This document shows positions 10,406 to 23,190 of a DNA stretch of 37,961 bases, piece after piece. Every line of letters begins with the position of its first letter. Positions within the stretch are counted from its first letter, which is position 1. Source of the DNA: Phoronis australis (taxonomy: Eukaryota; Animalia; Phoronida); assembly GCA_002633005.1 (NCBI GenBank), contig NMRA01000092.1, forward strand, positions 370,464-408,424, given 5' to 3'. Below the pieces are notes generated by a model. It made no database searches, was not told the DNA's origin, and saw only the letters and a program-made list of their open reading frames with translations. The position numbers and the translations under genes are program-made.

Positions 10406-11331
10406 TGATAAACAGCAAATGTGAGGATCTTCTAAGGAGAAATGCTGTGATGTTAACTTAGTCCAGTAGACTAGTATGGGCTTAGGTCTTTACTGTGATG
10501 GGCCTTCATTGTACTTTGAAGGACCTATAATCCCAAGGGTCATTACTTGAAAAATATATCAATCAGGCGTTATTGCAAAGCAACATTTCCACGAAGGGTG
10601 ATTACTTAGCTACATTAATGGGAAAGTGTGAGTGACGTTGCGTTGACAATATTGCTGATGCCACATATTTTTCCTGCATGTTGTATTTGTTATAATGTAA
10701 ATGATACTTTTCCAACCAATAGATCACAGCTACGCCTCGAGTGAGCCCAGTGAAACACCCCCATCTACTGGGCACCATACAGTGCTGCTTTAGTAAAGCT
10801 CTTAGGTGAGGTAATAGGACATAATTGATAATGACCACAATTTCATCATCCATGACTGATGGTTTTGTTATACCTATTGTATTGCTACCTGAAGCTAACC
10901 TCTCTACTTACTATAGTTATAAAAAGCGGACTCTGTTGTTTTTGATTTCATGACTTGGATGTATACTTTTATTGATTTGAAATGGTATTTTAAATATTTG
11001 TTTGGTTTAACACACTTGGTATTTTTAAAGCCCTTTGATTAAAAAATATGCTGAAAATCAGAGAATGAGTCTTGAGTCAGGCTGTTTGTTAAAAATGTAG
11101 GTGTGGACAAGTAGACAGTTGTAGGCAGTTAATATGTGTAGATACCTTAAATGTATTTTTGTATTCATTCACTTCAGAAAGTTGTTGACTTGCATGAGAA
11201 AGTAAGTCAAGCGGGGATGCCGAAAAGTCTGCACCCAGCGGTTCCTCTGCCTGTAACTGTAGAAGGAATTGTCAGTGGTGCTGTCGGATTAGGCATGGCG
11301 CCAGTAACTGCAGCATCTATGGTGCTACCAT

Positions 11332-11785
11332 CAGAGACTGTAGATAGGGAGACAGTCCACCCAGCGAAATCCCATCGGACCGTAGAGACGTCTAGCGAGT
11401 GTGCGTGCAAGAAACAAATGTGGCAAGATATCACTGCTCCCGTCAGTAAAAAATCAATGGTACTTTTTGCACTGCCTACGGCTGCAGCAACAGTTAATTG
11501 AAAATTCTTGACTCATGCTTTTTTGCTTCCTCAATGATTAAAATAGGTGATGTTCATGCTTGAAACAGAGGATATTTCTGCGTGAAACTGTTGCCAGTCA
11601 TTTAGTGATGGACTGGGTGATTTGAACTTAATGTCTTTACTATTTCCTGCATTCGATTACTGATTATTATCATAAATTGTTTGCATGATTTTTAGAACTA
11701 CTGATTAGTATATTCTATGCCCATTGATGCTTCTAATTTTTTCATTTCGTTCTGCAGTCTTAATACATGCAGATCTAAAAGATAA
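11332..11785 (+). mobile_element. Decayed THAP-bearing DNA transposon fragment, copy 2
   Basis: Starts CAGAGACTGTAGATAGGGAGAC. Encodes APVSKKINGTFCTAYGCSNS* (THAP CxxxxC start). Colinear with copy 1 up to cagatctaaaagata. Confidence 0.55.
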
Positions 11786-11920
11786 TTATATTTACTATTA
11801 TTTACTAATTTTATTATTGTTTTTATCATATATTTGTTTTTATATCTATTCTTGATTATTTATTATTATTATTATTATTTATTTTTGTTTATTTGCTATT
11901 ACTTATTTAAATTATTTCTT
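11785..11920. repeat. Degenerate (TTA/TTTA)n microsatellite
   Basis: Runs of ttattattattatt. Confidence 0.85.
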
Positions 11921-12807
11921 GTGATCCCATACAGTCAACATTCTTGCTGTCGTTGATCAATACTGATCATGATATGGACTTCAGTGCATAATAAATATTA
12001 CTTTTATGGTTTCGTAACCTACTTGATTATTTGCCATAGGAAGTGGTGAAGGAAGTGTTCTTTTAAAGGCACATTGAGCCATACATCTGTGAGCACTTCG
12101 GTAGTATGTGTAGTACCTTGGAAACTTGTTACACTCCAGTGACGACGTCGTTTGTTTAGATTTTTGTTTTGACATGGGTCTTAAAACATCAAGTCAGGAT
12201 ATAAGGCGTCGTTATGTTATTTACTTTGAAGTTGGCCTGCCGAACTAACTACTGATAGTTGATTTTAAAAATATGAATAATTTACGAGAGCTGGAAAGCA
12301 TCGTAAACAATACCCGAAATGGATTGCGCATTCAATAGACATTTTGGCTGTTTTATGGGGGCATACAGGCAGGTTTACTGGACTTCTGGCAGGAATTAAA
12401 TCTCTTGCTGGTTTGGAACCCCTACCCCTCTTGCCTCCTGTTTCATTCACCACAACTCACCCCAATTCGCTACCCATTTCAGATACCATCGGGCACGGAT
12501 GCTTGGGGTGCAGTGAATCAGTCCCAAATAGCGACTCCACTGTTCCCTAAAACTACTACGTTTTCGGGAGTTTTCTACATTGAATTCTCAATATGATTGA
12601 AAATAAGTAGGGCTCTTTTCATGCAATGCGTCTAATTTAAGGACTAAGTCCCTAAAATGTTTTGACTGAATTAAGAGCTCAGTTTTTAGTAATATCATTT
12701 TGTAACGTCATAAGTCAAAAGAGGAACTCATAATCAAGATAAAATGATAGCAAAATATAAAAACTGTGAGCAAAAAACAAAAAGATGCCTAAAAGATTTA
12801 CCAACTC

Positions 12808-12965
12808 AGGCGGATAAAGGGTGCGGGGGTCAAAGGGGTCTAGACCCCCATTTTCCTTGACTGTAGTGATATCAATGCTAGAATTTTCAAATTGTTGACT
12901 TGGCCACCTTTCTTAAAAAATCATTATCCGACCCCCCCCTTTAAAAAATCCTAGATATTACCCTG
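12808..12965. mobile_element. Degenerate hAT-like MITE
   Basis: CAGGCGGAT..GGGGGTC..GACCCCC at the left and CCCCCCC..CCTAGATATTACCCTG at the right. Same style as the elements at 1-199 and 5923-6079. Confidence 0.45.
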
Positions 12966-14189
12966 TTGGGTTGATATTTGGGACAATTTCATGTAAATGG
13001 GCACAGACACAACTGCTTGAATCTAGAACGTCTTTAAGATGTGAATTTTCGAAAGAAAGATCTACTAATTTTTCCATTTTATTTTTAAACAAAATTTGTG
13101 TGTTGAAAGCTTACATAATTTGTTAATTGATATTAACACCTGGAATATTGGGGGAAGAAAGCTATCTCTGCCCCCAACCTTTCAATTGGTCGAGGGGCAC
13201 CCCCTCTCCTATCTCTTCTTCAGCAGATCCATTTGATGTTTATTACATTCCTGACCCCCCTGGACAAAATTCTACTGTTTTGGTACCTGCAAATTCTCCA
13301 ATAACCTACTTTCATCTGCTCAGCTCTTATTACTGAGTCTCCCTCTTGCTGTGATGTATTTCTCGTAATTTATATAACCTTTGCTGCCCAAATTTTTTCT
13401 TGGTTTACTCTATATTTTGCCTGTGTGTATTATTCCATTACAGTGCTCGTGTTTTTTGTTTTCAATATTTTAAAAAAAGACACTTCACTGACAATTTTGA
13501 ATTTGACAAACTAGGATCGGCCATAGTCAATGTCTTGCGTACTTCGTCGGCCCACAAACACCCGCTAGGTGCCGCCACGGTCCATGACACAATAAAAGCG
13601 GCGGCCTTGGTGAATAGTCTTGTTAGCGTCTTTGCTTTAACTTTCAACTTCTGACCTTCGGCCTCGTTAAAATAATGAGGTCATATCTCTTGGCGTGCGT
13701 CGAGTGAAAATGGTGAGTTCACGATTTTGGGAACTGAAATATGGACTGCTCGAAGAAAAAGTTTGATAACGGGAGTATAAATTTGTTCGAGTTGGAAGGA
13801 ATTAAACATATCGACAACCTGCTAAGGTGTTCCTCTATGGGCAAAAGGTATTTATAACAACGTGACTTAGATGTTTTAGTCGGTGCGAGGCATAATTCGC
13901 TGAAAAGCTTCCGGCGTATGGAGCGCCTATAGCTGCATCACCTCTGGTCGGGCCAACAGAGGCGATGGTCATTGCCTAACAATTCTGTTGCTCTGGGAGA
14001 TGTCAGGGGATGTACTGTATACATTTAAATAACTGCCCGGAAATTTCCGATACAAGACCTCATAAGCACAACAGGCAAACGAGCAATTTCTATAAACACC
14101 AGGAATTGTTTTAGGAGCCTGCCGCGCTTCAAAAATAATTTCATTGACGCACTGTAATTGGTTACCTCGGCCCAACGGACTCATAAAAA

Positions 14190-15470
14190 TCAAAGTACGA
14201 TTTAGGCCCTGATCAAGTGTTCAATGCAGACGAAACGGGGTTTTCGGTCAAGGATACTTACAAAGCTAAGGTCATCGCATCAAGTGCGGACAAAGCAGTA
14301 TTTCAGCGCCAAGTCAAGTTTTCGGGGCACCAACGCCACTTTTTGCTGCGCATGCAGCTGGTAAGGTTATGCCACCGACAGTAATATTCCAAAGCGGGTT
14401 GCCAACTGGCTTGTCACCATCAGACATAGGCAGCTGGAGTTACCAGTCTACAAAGTCTGGTTACGTAAACACGGAAATATTTTTTGGTGGTTTAGAGATG
14501 TTTTCATTCCAGCAAGTGTTGTGCGACATAACCGCCCGGTCATGCTGATATTAGACAACCATGCATCTCACTTGTCGAAGGACGTAACAGACATTGCGCA
14601 ATCAAAGAACGTCACCCTCCTCTGCCTTCCTCCACACTCATCGCATATTTTGCAACCTCTGGATGTGGGGTATTTTGGTCTTTTGAAACGGCAGGTGGCC
14701 CGGTTTGCCATTAATCTGGGCGGATCTCGTGTAATTCCCAAGTCGCTTTTACCAAACCTTATAAGAGCTGCTACTCAAAACATCACCAAAGAGGCCGTCA
14801 TAGCAGCTGTCAGGGTAGCAGGCATTTTTCCCCTGAGACCAGTCACGCTGCCAGCGTCGACTGTTGGCAGTTCAGTGCCGCCTGTGGTAACTACATCACC
14901 AACTCTTTAGTTCGTCTCTGCATAGTCCTGGAGTCTCTCAAGAAGATCTTAGTGCCACCAACACAAACGGTCAGTAATCGACCATGAAGCGGAAACTTCA
15001 TGCTAGGCTTTTGACATCAGCCGATGTTACCGTCGGCGAAAAGACCGAAACCAGTGAAGTGCATAGGAAAGGGTCTACTAGCCTTTCCAGCCCCAAAGTG
15101 GCAGTGTGAGGGAGCAAGATCTCCAGGAATAAGGGGAAGGCTATAAAGTCAAAAAACAAAGCGTCGCGACGATCAGCAACAGTAGACAGTGGGTCACAGT
15201 CAGGTGTCAGCGGAGTGGGAGCGCTTCAAACTGAGGACAGCGATTACAGCGAAAACGATGACAGTGCAGTGTGTTGCCAGCCGTGGGCGGTTTTCACCGG
15301 AGGCGCGATGTCGTTTACTAACAATCATCAACTGGGTGGCGTGCGACGTTGTCGGGTGCAACCATTGGACCCGCCTGTGATTTTGCACTTCGATAGAGAG
15401 AGTTGAACGACAGCAGAAGTTCAAGTGCGGGTGCCACGGTACAGAGGCTCACATCATGGAGTTTGAAGAG
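14190..15470 (+). pseudogene. pogo-superfamily (DD35D) transposase pseudogene with C-terminal PHD-like finger; 5'-truncated and frameshifted
   Basis: QVFNADETGF (about 14214), AAGKVMPPTVIF, KSGYVNTEIF/WF, LILDNHASH and LPPHSSHILQPLDVGYF, with 35 residues between the 2nd and 3rd Asp. Frameshifts near 14330 and 14485, stop at 14910. PHD-like remnant CQ..WVACDVVGCNHW..KFKC at about 15265-15440. Confidence 0.9.
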
Positions 15471-16113
15471 TGAGGCCACAGCAGAGTGCCTTATCTAGTT
15501 AATCATTTAATGATAAAATTGATGTATTTAATTAATAGGTATGAGAGATTACTGTCGCTAAGCCATTGGAATTCATGTTCGACTGAGTTTAAAAATGAAA
15601 TAAAATTTTGTGCTTTCGTGAAATTGCCTTTTTTCAGAAATTTAATCTAGATCATACATACCACAAAATTATAAAAATTGTAATGGGAGCCACGAGTTTC
15701 TGTAGTTACAAATAATTTGCTTCACAGCTAGCAAAAATAAGTAAATATAAAAACATAAGCAACATAGACGACTATTTGGCCATCCACTGTACATTACAAA
15801 CTGTAAAACAAATGTATCAACCCGCAACAGCGGTTACATTCATTGCACGAGGATACAGTTAGTCAATTTGCCACACTGTGGCGCATACGTCAATATGGTG
15901 TCCGATATTTAGGTACCCGAGCTATATGCAGATGATCTCGTTTAAAGCTCAGCGAGAACTTTTATGTGGACTGTGATCACATAAATGATAAATAATACAA
16001 CTCTGTAAAGGTAAGTCTTTATTTCGGTAAAGAATTTATAACAATCCGTAGTATTTTCAATTAAATATAATGCAAAATGTGCCAAAACGTCCGATAATTA
16101 GGTCACTTGACTG
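14190..16113 (+). mobile_element. pogo element remnant including the probable right terminus
   Basis: GTCCGATAATTAGGTCACTTGACTG|TA ending at 16113 (a CAGT.. terminus plus TA), with a subterminal repeat GTCCGATATTTAGGTAC at about 15900. No matching left TIR seen. Confidence 0.55.
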
Positions 16114-16409
16114 TATCTAAGTCTGGGCAGATTTCTAGCCCATTACCCGACAGAAACTTCATAATGTCAAACCAGAAGTACCACACCATTTTAATATTCC
16201 GTTTATTAATTACATCTGAAACTGAATTACAGCTTAACTATTAATTGCATGTTGTCTTCTCGACAGCAGGAGGCGCCCCAATCAGCAGTGAAGGTCCATC
16301 TGTAAAGTTTGATACTTCCGTATTAATCAATTTGAGAGCGAAGAATATTCTCAAGCGAGAACGATTATTCTGAACACTTAGGCTATTTTCGTTGTCATAA
16401 AAACCTCGG

Positions 16410-16528
16410 AGATGAAGGTTATCTGTGCATGTGCAAACTTCAGTCTACGGCCAATCATACTCCAGTTAAAAGGTCACATCACCTGCGTATGACTGAAGTC
16501 GGCATATGCGCAGATAACATTCACGTCT
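16410..16528. repeat. Imperfect inverted repeat (about 35-bp arms, 45-bp spacer)
   Basis: gatgaaggttatctgtgcatgtgcaaacttcagtc pairs with gactgaagtcggcatatgcgcagataacattcacgtc. Confidence 0.8.
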
Positions 16529-17787
16529 AAGGGGAATTTAAGGCTACTAAAATCGTCAAGGTGCTCCGGATGACATGGTGTTTCGAATAAGGGAGGAACA
16601 GACGGGTGATTGAATACTATATAAACGAACACCACTTGTGAGTTGTCACAGAGCACTATTATTCATTAAACAACACCTAAACTGTACGGGGATCCTCAAT
16701 TAAAGTTTTTTTTTCTTTGCTTACCACCAAAAATGCAAAAGAATGAAACAGATCACTCGAAGAGACACAAACGATGTCTCAAACCTTTCCAAACACTAAC
16801 TGCATTCGATTGTCTTCCAAGGCTGCATCGCGTCAATCGGCTAACATATTTGATTGGTTCTCGATGGCGGCTAATAGCATATAAACCAATCAGGATCAGA
16901 CTTTTAATCTTTGCACTAGAAATTATTGTAGCCGTTTTCCGTCCCGCTTTTATACAAACTCAAGATAATGTCAATTATTCTATTCTGGAGTACATTATGA
17001 CTTCCCGGCGCGATCAGTTTCTTGTCCAACTGCACACTTGCGTGATGGCTCATAGATTCGAGATACAAATTCCAGTAAAAACTCGAGATTACGAATAAAA
17101 GCTCGACATTTGGGGTCATCAGGTGCAAAACCGGGATTAAACAACGCAAACCATAACACAGTTGAGCGCATAACCGTAGACGCTTATTATGACTTTTTAG
17201 TAATGTAGAACGGAAAATGGCAAAAATAATTTCGAGTTCAATTTGGATTACAAATATTAGACCCTGGGCCCAGATGTCTTAACCAGTTGACCCGCCGGAA
17301 CCGGCCAAGCCAATCAAGTGCAGCCAATGATCAACTTGATTTTCATCTCAAAACATATCATGCAGTGCATCAAGGAAAATGAAGTTCAACCAGTCCAAAA
17401 TGGGACAGGTCTAAGTCGATGGCGACGAATGGGCTGGGAATACATCGATTCCTAATGACGGCAGAAACCAATTGTTATCATAGCAACGGAAACTTTGAGA
17501 CAAACTTGTGATTGCTGACATTGTAATTCAATGTCCATGTCATAAAGGGGCGGGATGCACGTTTCAAATTATAGCGATTTTTCCAAAAAATGCACCAGTG
17601 CAAAAAATCCATTTTGTGACTTCCTAAAATATCCCTAAACTAAGAGATATGTCATCACGAAATTCCCGATGAACATGAATACCTATGAATCATATTCATT
17701 AATCAATAACAGAAGGAACGATTACTACTTTTGAAGGGATTGTAAAAATGAAGGCAGGTAATTATTCGTTTCTCTATTCCTACCTAA

Positions 17788-18009
17788 GCCATGTCTAAAC
17801 ACTCCGATTTTTCATATCAAGACTTCCTGCGCGGCTGTCGTATGCGACTAATCGGAGTACTGATGTAGACAGTCGTTCCGATACGACGTTTCAAAATAAA
17901 AATAGCATTTAAAGTCGGGTGCGGCAGTCGGAGGTAGTGTTCCAGAAGTCGCGATGAAATCGTATGTGAAGTCGTATACGAAAACTCGGAGTGCCAGTGT
18001 AGACGGGGC
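17788..18009. mobile_element. Palindromic MITE (Harbinger-like ends)
   Basis: gccatgtctaaacactccgattttt ... aaaactcggagtgccagtgtagacggggc, with internal gtcgtat/atacgac repeats. Confidence 0.55.
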
Positions 18010-18755
18010 TTTTGACGACACAGAAGTGACATTGACTTACAGGTGGACAATTTTTCTTCGCATGGCGCTTCTCGACGTGTAGGGGCACTATTTGGGCAGC
18101 CCTTTTGTTCAGGGGTTTACCTTGGGATGCAACGTCTCGGCGAAAGATTGCACTGCAAAGGAACCATAATACAGGTTGGCAATTTTCAAGCAGTCACTTG
18201 TGACGGACAACAGGGAATGGTCTTTGGACAGTCATGTGATTCGTCATTGGATTATCGTTACCTAGAACTAAATTTTATATTAACTATTAATAATTGTCCT
18301 TCCTAATGTGTGAATTTACTCATTTACGTTTGCTTTTATGTCCAATCTACTGCTATTATTTCCTAGAGATCTGACTAGCATCATTTTAGGTGAATACTTC
18401 TGGAGAAATATATATATATCTTCTTAGATTCCGAAATATGTCATGTTGGCAACAAATTCCAAGGGTGTGAGACACTAATCCACACCTTCAAACCCTGCGC
18501 ACGAGCTACTGCATGATCTTGACAAACCATTGAATCATATGTACGAACCACATTTATGTTCGCGTGCATGATGTTGGGGCGCATGCCTATGTCCGCACAC
18601 AGACGTACCCTAGAACATATCCGATAACTAGGGTAAGGCGGAAGTTGTCGCTCTGTGCATGACAAAGGACAGCTAATGCGAATATGGTTCGTAAAAGAAG
18701 ACTCGGCTGTATATAATCCCAGCAGATAATTACTTCCGCCTTGCCCCAGGAACAC

Positions 18756-18926
18756 GTCCACACAGCGATTAGAAGTGGCATGAGTTACCCTAGAACAAGT
18801 TGCCCTTCCTCGATGAGATGGAGTAAGTTGTCACAAGTGGGGCAAATTGCACTGACAGGCAGCTCTCAAGCTTAGCGACAACTTGTTCCAGGAGTAACTT
18901 GTTCTAGGGAAAGTCTCTGTGTGGAC
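18756..18926. mobile_element. Palindromic MITE
   Basis: GTCCACACAG ... CTGTGTGGAC and CCCTAGAACAAGTT ... AACTTGTTCTAGGG. Confidence 0.65.
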
Positions 18927-21446
18927 TGCACTTTATTGCCAGGTGTTTGCTAATACTTTTTTCACTCGCGTTTTCGTAAGCAAACTGGTGTGACGCTGGA
19001 TGACATCAACGCCCTTCGATCACAGCTTTGTACTATAGTTTGGCGTTGTGCTTTGAGAATTTCGCTGTGGAAAAGTATCAAATCAGTGCTAAAAGAGCAC
19101 GGTTATGTAGGCCATAGGATTTTATTGACAAATCTTGTATTTAGCCAAATTTGTCCAAACTATAGTTTTTAAATGAATAAAACATATATTTCATGAAAGT
19201 AGAAAGTCTGTAGAATTTACTTTCCCACCTCTTACTAATTTGCTATTGATTGGGTCACCTGACTATGTCTTTTTGGTAAAATTTATCAAATAGAAAGGAA
19301 AATTGACTGCAAAATAACGGCATCAACAACACAATCAAAAATCAAATTTCGCTTCATATAAATGTTAAATATGAAACATCACAAAAACGCTGTTACAATT
19401 TCCTAAATTATTGTTTCGCTATTGTTTTATGCAACTTTAGATTTTTTCAATGAAAACCATAAAAGTCCTGTTTCTGATTACTCCCTCATACGAAAGTGGA
19501 AATTTTTATGAAAACAATTCCTAGAGACCTTTTGAAGAACAACATTGTTCACTACTTGATGCTAAAACGAGTCATTGTGTCTTAAACAACAAAGTACAAC
19601 AATAATTTTTGCAACGCCACCAATGTACGCGAGAAGCATTTTATCTGAAACTTCAATATGAATGTGAAGTCAGCTGTTTCATAAATATGATGTTCCGAAG
19701 TTAGCCAATTTTGGACATTTTCTAGGGCCCTACATAGTAAATGTGTCATCCATCACAAAAAAATGTTATGAACCACTTACTACTATGAAACCGGTGGAGA
19801 TGAGTCCAGGACTTCAAAAGAACTGACTGTTAGTTATTGTTCCAACAAGTTGGCGGGTCTTCATGTGTCAGCCTCGAGCATGGTCTCAACAAATAACGAA
19901 AACTCGTTTTTTTGTGAACCCAGAAATCACTTGTCGTCTGACATTGAAGTTACCTAAACCACGTAATGCGGGTTTTATAATCGCTTTAACGAAAACGATG
20001 CTCCCCGGAGACTACTTGCTATGTATCGAGATACAAAATTCAGGACTCTTAATATTTCTGTAGAAAAAAGTTCTATGGAGGGGAATTTTTGAACTGACAT
20101 TTATCGTTAAAACGCAAAAGACAGGAGAATTAAGTGATGAAACTTATGTTAGAATAAACCTTGTCGAATTCAGAACTGGCAACGGCAAGGGTGGTTGAGC
20201 CTGAATATAACCAACGAGTGAAACTTGACAAATTAGCGTCGTTTCACAACTAGCAGTCCCTGTAATAACTTTTTACTTTACCTTGCGTAGTCAGCGGAAA
20301 CGTTCTGCCCCTGAACTGCTGCTTCTCTTAACTGAACATTATCCAACATGTGGTGACAATAAGATGAAAACAGCAGAAAGACTTATTACGCGAAATGTGA
20401 AAAACTTAGCAATTTTGCCACATCCTCTAAACTAGTAATATTCACTTACGGAAGTCGTCGCGCGTCGATCACCTCCGTGGCAGTACAGACCAACAGCAAA
20501 ATTGTCAGTAACTTCAGCGTGTTCATTTTGTCTGAAACAAAAATGCAGTAAGGTTTTAGGAATCACCAATAAGTTTATCATGTCCTATTTTCCCTATGAC
20601 TGGTGGTTTTACCCTCTTCCTTCAGTTGGTGAGTTTAAAAATCCCAAAAACATCATGACATTGCATGATCAAGTCAGACACTGGAATACTGTAGGCGTAT
20701 TTCTTTTTTAACAGCAGTACCAGCAGCCACGAGCACCAGCTGCAGCACCATCCCCACCATCGCCACAACCATCCACCACCACCACTGCAAAAACGCCAAT
20801 AACTATTAAGAATCGTCTTAATGGAAAACTTGGTTGACGTACAAGAATTGGTGCGTTAAGTTACGATCTTGCACTAGAGGCAAAAAAAAATTCGTAACAA
20901 AGGTACGTATGGTTAACGTACGCATGCACCCACGTGAACGTCAGTACATGTACGCGCACACTTCTTTAAAATTTTACAATCGTACTGCTCACCACTTCGA
21001 ATTGCAGGAAAGTGAATTTCGGCGATGCGATTTGTTGTTTTGTTCATTGGTGTATCGGATACACTTTATCCCTGGCGCCGCATATAAAGTACTTGAGGAC
21101 CAGCTGCTGACACGGATCAATGGAAATGCTAAGCGAAAACCACGTGTTGCCGCAATCAATTAATTTCAGGATAGGTTTCCAATAAACCACAAAAGATATT
21201 AATGAAGAGGAAAGTCAGCTTGTCATTCACATTGCGTAATATTGCACTCGTTTCATCAAACCAATGCACATCTTGCCTTCACACAGTGGGGCAAAATTGT
21301 AGAAATGGCGAAAAACAACTTCCCAGGGCACAGTTTCAGAAAGAGGTTTTGATTTTGCCTGAGACGGAAATCAAATGTTGTTTAAGGCAAAACTGCGTTG
21401 TCATCAACCTGAACAAGACATCCGCCTTATACGGAAGCGTATAGGT

Positions 21447-21695
21447 GCCACAACACCTCAGTCACAAACACCACAGCACCCTTCAAGCTTCACAGCACTC
21501 CACAAATACCACTGCACCCAACAAACTTCACAGCACTCCACAATCACCACAGCACGTACCTACAAACTTCACAACATTCCACCATCACCATAGCACCCTA
21601 CAAACTTCACAGCACTTCGTTATCGCCACAACATCCACACAAACTCCCCACAACACCCTCCCAAATACACAACTCCCCAGAAGCTACAACACAAC
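21447..21695. repeat. C/A-rich minisatellite, unit about 20 bp (cacagcaccccacaaacttc-like)
   Basis: Roughly a dozen degenerate units. It explains the spurious ORFs 21375-21593 and 21445-21720. Confidence 0.85.
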
Positions 21696-21979
21696 GGAAG
21701 TAGGTGTCGCTTGTCGGTAAATCCGCCTTCCGAAGGAGAAATTAACTTTTGGTTGATATTACACAACTCACTGCTATAAAAGTGGTCTCAGTGTGTTCCT
21801 TACTGAAGTGAGAAGTAATTTTGGTAATGCAAAGAGTTGACAGTTTATCAATACTCGAGATTAAGCTCGAAGAACAAAATGACACGTCTTTTAGAGCCTG
21901 GTCTCAAACAATTAAGAACTGCCTGTACGTGCTTACCCCACCTTAAGGAACTGAGACTAATTTCATAACGGTAACAGCG

Positions 21980-22274
21980 TAGAGTTCAGTAACGCTAGGA
22001 CTTACGTGAGGACCTCGCTAAAATCTATCCAAAATTACGTGTTTTCATTCAAAATACACGACAACATCTCACGTAATCTCGCGAAGTCTTGCATTTTAGC
22101 GACTTCCTAGTGTTACTGAACTCTAACCGGCCTCACGTTCAGTAACGCTAGGACCTCGCTAAAAAGCAAGAGTTCGCGAGATTGAGTGAGATTTTGCCGT
22201 GTATTTTAAATGAGATCACCTGACTTTGGCTAGATTTAAGCTAGGTCCTAGCGTAGGTCTTAGGGTTAATGAAC
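21980..22274. mobile_element. Two inverted copies of an approximately 140-bp MITE
   Basis: Copy 1 is TA-GAGTTCAGTAAC...GTTACTGAACTC-TA (21980-22125). Copy 2 (22137-22274) is its diverged reverse complement. Confidence 0.75.
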
Positions 22275-22436
22275 ACACGCCCGGTCTACACCATAACTTG
22301 TTCTTTAAGACGGAAGGCGGGGTTATTGCTGCCGTAACAGATCTACAGCTTAATCGCGTAATTCTTTGAAAGAGAATAACGGTCTGTTGCTCTAGACAAC
22401 ACTGGACAGAAACAAAACGAAACATTCTTCACAAAA

Positions 22437-23190
22437 TACCCTGTATATGCACACGAAACGTACCGAGAGTGGTGTATGTGAAGTAATTTCCCACGAGGCA
22501 TTATTCCGCGGGAAATTGTCGTGCGGGATATTACTTCATGTACACCAATCGAAGTACGTTTTTGTATGTATCCCATGCGCTTCGAGTTCCTAAGGTTCTT
22601 TCACTTTTTCGACAGATTTTTTAAATACTTCACTCAGACTGTTCACGTGGCGAATCACATCCTATAAGTATGCCACTTGCGCGTTAAGGTGCAAAAGAAA
22701 CAGTTTTAAATGGAACGATTTATTACTTGAACAGACATAACTAAGATGACAACAACGGTAACTGTGCATTGAACTTGTAACATCTCCGGAAAATAGTTAA
22801 ATAATAACACCGAAAAATCAGCGCCTGAGTTGCAGACGATATAATATTTAGCAATTGAAAACTGAGACAGAACTGTCATATAATTAACAGTCCTGTTCCA
22901 GATGTTTCATCTTTGTTATCTCTTTTCAAGTAATAAATTTATACTTTTCTTTTACTAGAGAAAACTTGTAACCTATTGCGCAAGATATATGATGTGATCC
23001 GTCACATGAACAGTCTGGGTGACGTATTTAATAAAAATCTGCCGAAAAATATAAGAACGAGTTCAAAACGTAAGGGATTATCACAAAACGTACTTCGATT
23101 GGCGTAGATGAAGTAACATCCCGTGGAATAATGTCTTGTTGGATATTACTTCATCTACGCCACTTAGGTACGTTTTGTGTATTTACATTC
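22437..23190. mobile_element. Foldback-like structure with about 140-bp inverted arms that are themselves palindromic
   Basis: 22437-22590 is the reverse complement of about 23058-23190 (for example ttacttcatgtacaccaatcgaagtacgtttt versus aaaacgtacttcgattggcgtagatgaagtaa). Confidence 0.7.

Noticed and set aside
11151-11501. 116-aa ORF as a gene
   Set aside because: It spans the junction with the repeated element at 11332, so it is probably fortuitous.
13400-14193. Short ORFs upstream of the pogo catalytic region as its HTH domain
   Set aside because: No HTH_psq or CENP-B-like motif is recognisable; similarity starts abruptly at about 14190.
16240-16656. Minus-strand peptide with ICAYADFS as a viral or Polinton protein remnant
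   Set aside because: The motif coincides with an inverted-repeat arm, the ORF is short and there is no supporting context.
21375-21720. His/Thr/Gln-rich ORFs, and the repeat as a CRISPR-like array
   Set aside because: Translation of a simple minisatellite; no unique spacers and no cas genes, in a eukaryotic context.
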